Positions 61,316-64,000 of a stretch of 64,000 bases of DNA are shown here, piece by piece. The stretch lies in the NCBI GenBank assembly GCA_963733675.1, contig CAVTET010000001.1, positions 768,001-832,000 of the forward strand, given 5' to 3'. The notes beneath the pieces are model-generated. The model was not told where the DNA came from. It was given only the letters and a program-made list of their open reading frames with translations, and did no database searches. Position numbers and translations under genes: made by a program. This stretch comes from an uncultured Methanosarcinaceae archaeon (GTDB lineage: Archaea > Halobacteriota > Methanosarcinia > Methanosarcinales > Methanosarcinaceae). Numbering within the stretch: position 1 is the first letter of the stretch; every line of letters starts with the position of its first letter.

Positions 61316-62456
61316 TTTTTATACACCACCAATATGGAGTTTTCCCATCTCGATATGGATCTACCCCTATTATAATCTTTATATATGAGAGAGGCTCTTG
61401 AAAAGCTGGATTTTCCATAAATAGTGACATCTTAATCACATTTATAGTGTTCTAATCTACCTGTTCTCGAGGACATGATCTCTTCGTAATCTTTTTTCTC
61501 ATATGAAGTGCCCTCACAAATTATAAGGGTTGTTTGTAACTTCTATTTTCAAGATTTCGTATGCGCTTCCGGGTAATAAAATAGCATGTTTTATAGTTAT
61601 ATGCAACCTATATATATTCGTTTTGAAATAATATTTTTTCATTTAGTAACTTTTTTGAAATCGCATTTTGTTGTGAATACAATATTTCACCAACTGGCTC
61701 AATTAACCAGTAAAATGCCACCATTTTTACGATTTTCACATAAAAGTAATGTTGAATATTGATTTTTATTCTTTCATGGTATCCTTTTTAAGTTCAAGTT
61801 GATGGTGAAAATCATAAAGATGTTCAGTTGAAATTCATTGATTATACATTGTTTTTACTGTTTATATATGTATTATTTCAGATAAATACACAGAACGTTG
61901 ATTAACTTAGATCCCAAGTTCGTCAATGATCTTTATGGATGTAATCATAAAATAAAGAGGGACATCAGGCCAGTTGGGTAAGAAGGCGATTCTAATTTTT
62001 TCCTATTGTATTAGGTGGCACTATGAATATGAGATTATGTGGTTAGTTGATGCTTTTCTAGTTTCATGTACCACATAGCTTTTATTCTTGTCACCAAAAT
62101 ATTGATCATCTGTGAATACAGCAGCAAATTTATACTTTTTGACACTTTGATTAAAGGCTTAAATTTGTTCAGCAAACATTTGGTTATTTACTTATTTTAA
62201 CAGCTTTAAGGTAGTTTTCTTCAGATGATTGTGTAACGAGCTTTCCAGGATATTCTTTGGCCTGTTCCTTGAATTGAGTGTATGGATAACCTCTGAATAG
62301 TCATTGATGCTATAACAGTGAAATAGAGTTTATGAGATAGCTTTAATCAAATAGAAATTGGAATATTTTTGATCAGAGTTATGACAACAGAAATTCATTC
62401 TGGAAATTATCTATTCAAATAAAAAGATATTATAATAATTATTTTAGATAATGAAA

Positions 62457-62859
62457 TATTTGATCCTAGCGAAGAAAAATGACTATATATATACCAGAAT
62501 GAAGGCATTTGTTTGGTACCATAATCGACGACCCTATTGCCTTCTATAAATTTGTTTGATTTTATTCAGATTTGCAGAATTTGTTTAGGAACTGATAAGA
62601 TTCTGAACTACAAGCTCCATAGATAATTTTATGCATTACTATTGTCTATATAGATCTATTTGATCAGGTTAAGGAAAAATGAATATATACAAATATAGAA
62701 TGAAGTCATTTTTTTTGATGCCATGACCAACGACTCCATTAGCTTCCATAATTTTTTTTGATTTTATTCTGATTTGTAGAAATGATGTAGGAACTGATGC
62801 GATTCAAAACTATTGATTCCAGAGATAATTTTATGTATTACTATTGTCTATATAGATCT
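62457..62859 (+). repeat. Tandem duplication (~200-bp unit) of the phoU upstream region
   Basis: Units 62457-62657 and 62657-62859. The 37-bp block AGATAATTTTATGYATTACTATTGTCTATATAGATCT has one mismatch between copies. Confidence 0.9.
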
Positions 62860-62896
62860 GGTTAAATTAATTAGAACAACTTTAGGGGGATTATTT

Positions 62897-63901
62897 ATTA
62901 CTAAGGATAAAAGAAAAGTTCAGTTTACTGGAAATTCTACTTATATTGTATCTCTCCCCATTAAATGGGTAAGGGATGTTGGCCTTGAAGCTGGGGACAC
63001 ACTTACTCTTACACCCATGCCTAACCGAACTCTAATTGTTTCTTCCAGTGCTATCTCCAGAGAACAAGCTGCTATCAAAGCAACAGTCGATTATATTCAC
63101 TCAGATGGTGCGGAAAACAATCTCAGAATTCTAATTTCTCATTATCTTGCTGGTTACGATTCTATCAGGTTGACCACCAAAAAAGGTTTTAGTGCTAATG
63201 ATCGTAAGTTTATCAAGGACTCAGTGCGTCAGAAATTGATAGGTCTCGAACTTGTGGAGGAATCTAGGAATGAATTGGTTTTCCAGTGCTTGCTTAATTA
63301 CAATGACCTTCCTCTTTGCAGGGTAATCAAAAACATGTATGGACTTGTACTTTCCATGCTTGATGACTCCATGACTGCTCTGAGAGATCGAATTGAGGAA
63401 CTCGCTGAGGATGTCATACAGAGAGATGATGATGTGGATCGTTTCTATCTTCTTGGTGTCCGCCAGCTCAAAGCCTCAATTGAGGATATGGAACTCTCTA
63501 ATAAAATAGGAATTCGGCATCCACGAGAATGCTTGGGGTACAGACTTATTCTAAAGAGTATAGAGCGTGTGGGAGACCATGCTGTAAAAATAGCTAAGAA
63601 TGTCCTGAAAATGGATGCAGGGATAAATGCTGATGACCCTATATTTAAAATGGCTGAAATTTCACGAAAAGTTTTCGAAAGCTCAATAGGTTCAATGGAC
63701 GAAGAAGACTTGCAGGTTATCAATAAAATTGTTGTTGAGGCCAAGAAAGTTTCCCAGTTTGGTATTTCTCTAGAGTCCCGGGATGATGAAAATTCATGTA
63801 CTGTTGAACTTAGTATGATCCTTGAGAGCCTACGAAGGGTAGCTGAATATGGCGCCGATATTGCAGAAGTTTCAATAAATATGAATGTAAAGCAGATCTA
63901 A
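62897..63901 (+). CDS. phoU: Phosphate-uptake regulator (AbrB/SpoVT domain plus two PhoU domains)
   Basis: KRKVQFTGNSTYIVSLPIKW AbrB domain and PhoU motifs DDDVDRFY, IERVGDHA and LRRVAEY..DIAE. The start is uncertain (ATT at 62897 after GGGGGA). Confidence 0.9.
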   Translation: MTKDKRKVQFTGNSTYIVSLPIKWVRDVGLEAGDTLTLTPMPNRTLIVSSSAISREQAAIKATVDYIHSDGAENNLRILISHYLAGYDSIRLTTKKGFSANDRKFIKDSVRQKLIGLELVEESRNELVFQCLLNYNDLPLCRVIKNMYGLVLSMLDDSMTALRDRIEELAEDVIQRDDDVDRFYLLGVRQLKASIEDMELSNKIGIRHPRECLGYRLILKSIERVGDHAVKIAKNVLKMDAGINADDPIFKMAEISRKVFESSIGSMDEEDLQVINKIVVEAKKVSQFGISLESRDDENSCTVELSMILESLRRVAEYGADIAEVSINMNVKQI

Positions 63902-64000
63902 ACCTGAAAACTTTGGGTTAAGATTTTTCTTAATTTATACCTTTTTAACATAACTGCATTTAGGAATAGATATTTTCAGTGTAGCCTGGCTATGTATTTG

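Overview
This window comes from a Methanosarcina (Methanosarcinales, Archaea) chromosome, identified from the 16S/23S rRNA and the gene set. Core genes are ileS (runs off the left edge), pepN, tRNA-Pro(GGG), tiaS, nadE, cdc48, a PRC-barrel protein, cgi121, a complete 16S-tRNA-Ala-23S-5S operon, a NitT/TauT ABC permease and ATPase, aroA, Toprim, DUF167, DUF356 and a PhoU-type regulator. They are separated by long AT-rich tracts of decayed mobile DNA: about 10 IS5 remnants, about 5 IS200 tnpA remnants, a TnpB pseudogene, an IS630 remnant, one apparently intact IS6 and at least 8 copies of a ~90-bp MITE. Pseudogenes include an ABC substrate-binding protein, an ArsR regulator, a response regulator, a beta-propeller/PKD surface protein, a TPR protein and an acetyltransferase. 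The most unusual signals are: (i) an orphan type I-E-like CRISPR unit (29-nt repeat, 32-nt spacer, degenerate second repeat) upstream of a RavA-like ATPase that carries a classical C2H2 zinc finger and lacks its usual VWA partner; (ii) an unannotated secreted Gly/Tyr/Trp tandem-repeat protein with an in-frame TGA; (iii) two near-perfect inverted duplications (516 bp and 109 bp) inside otherwise heavily decayed IS DNA; (iv) an A13 slippage tract that frameshifts a polysaccharide acetyltransferase; (v) a duplicated promoter and a probable ATT start at phoU. All calls come from manual reading and motif recognition; no database searches were run.
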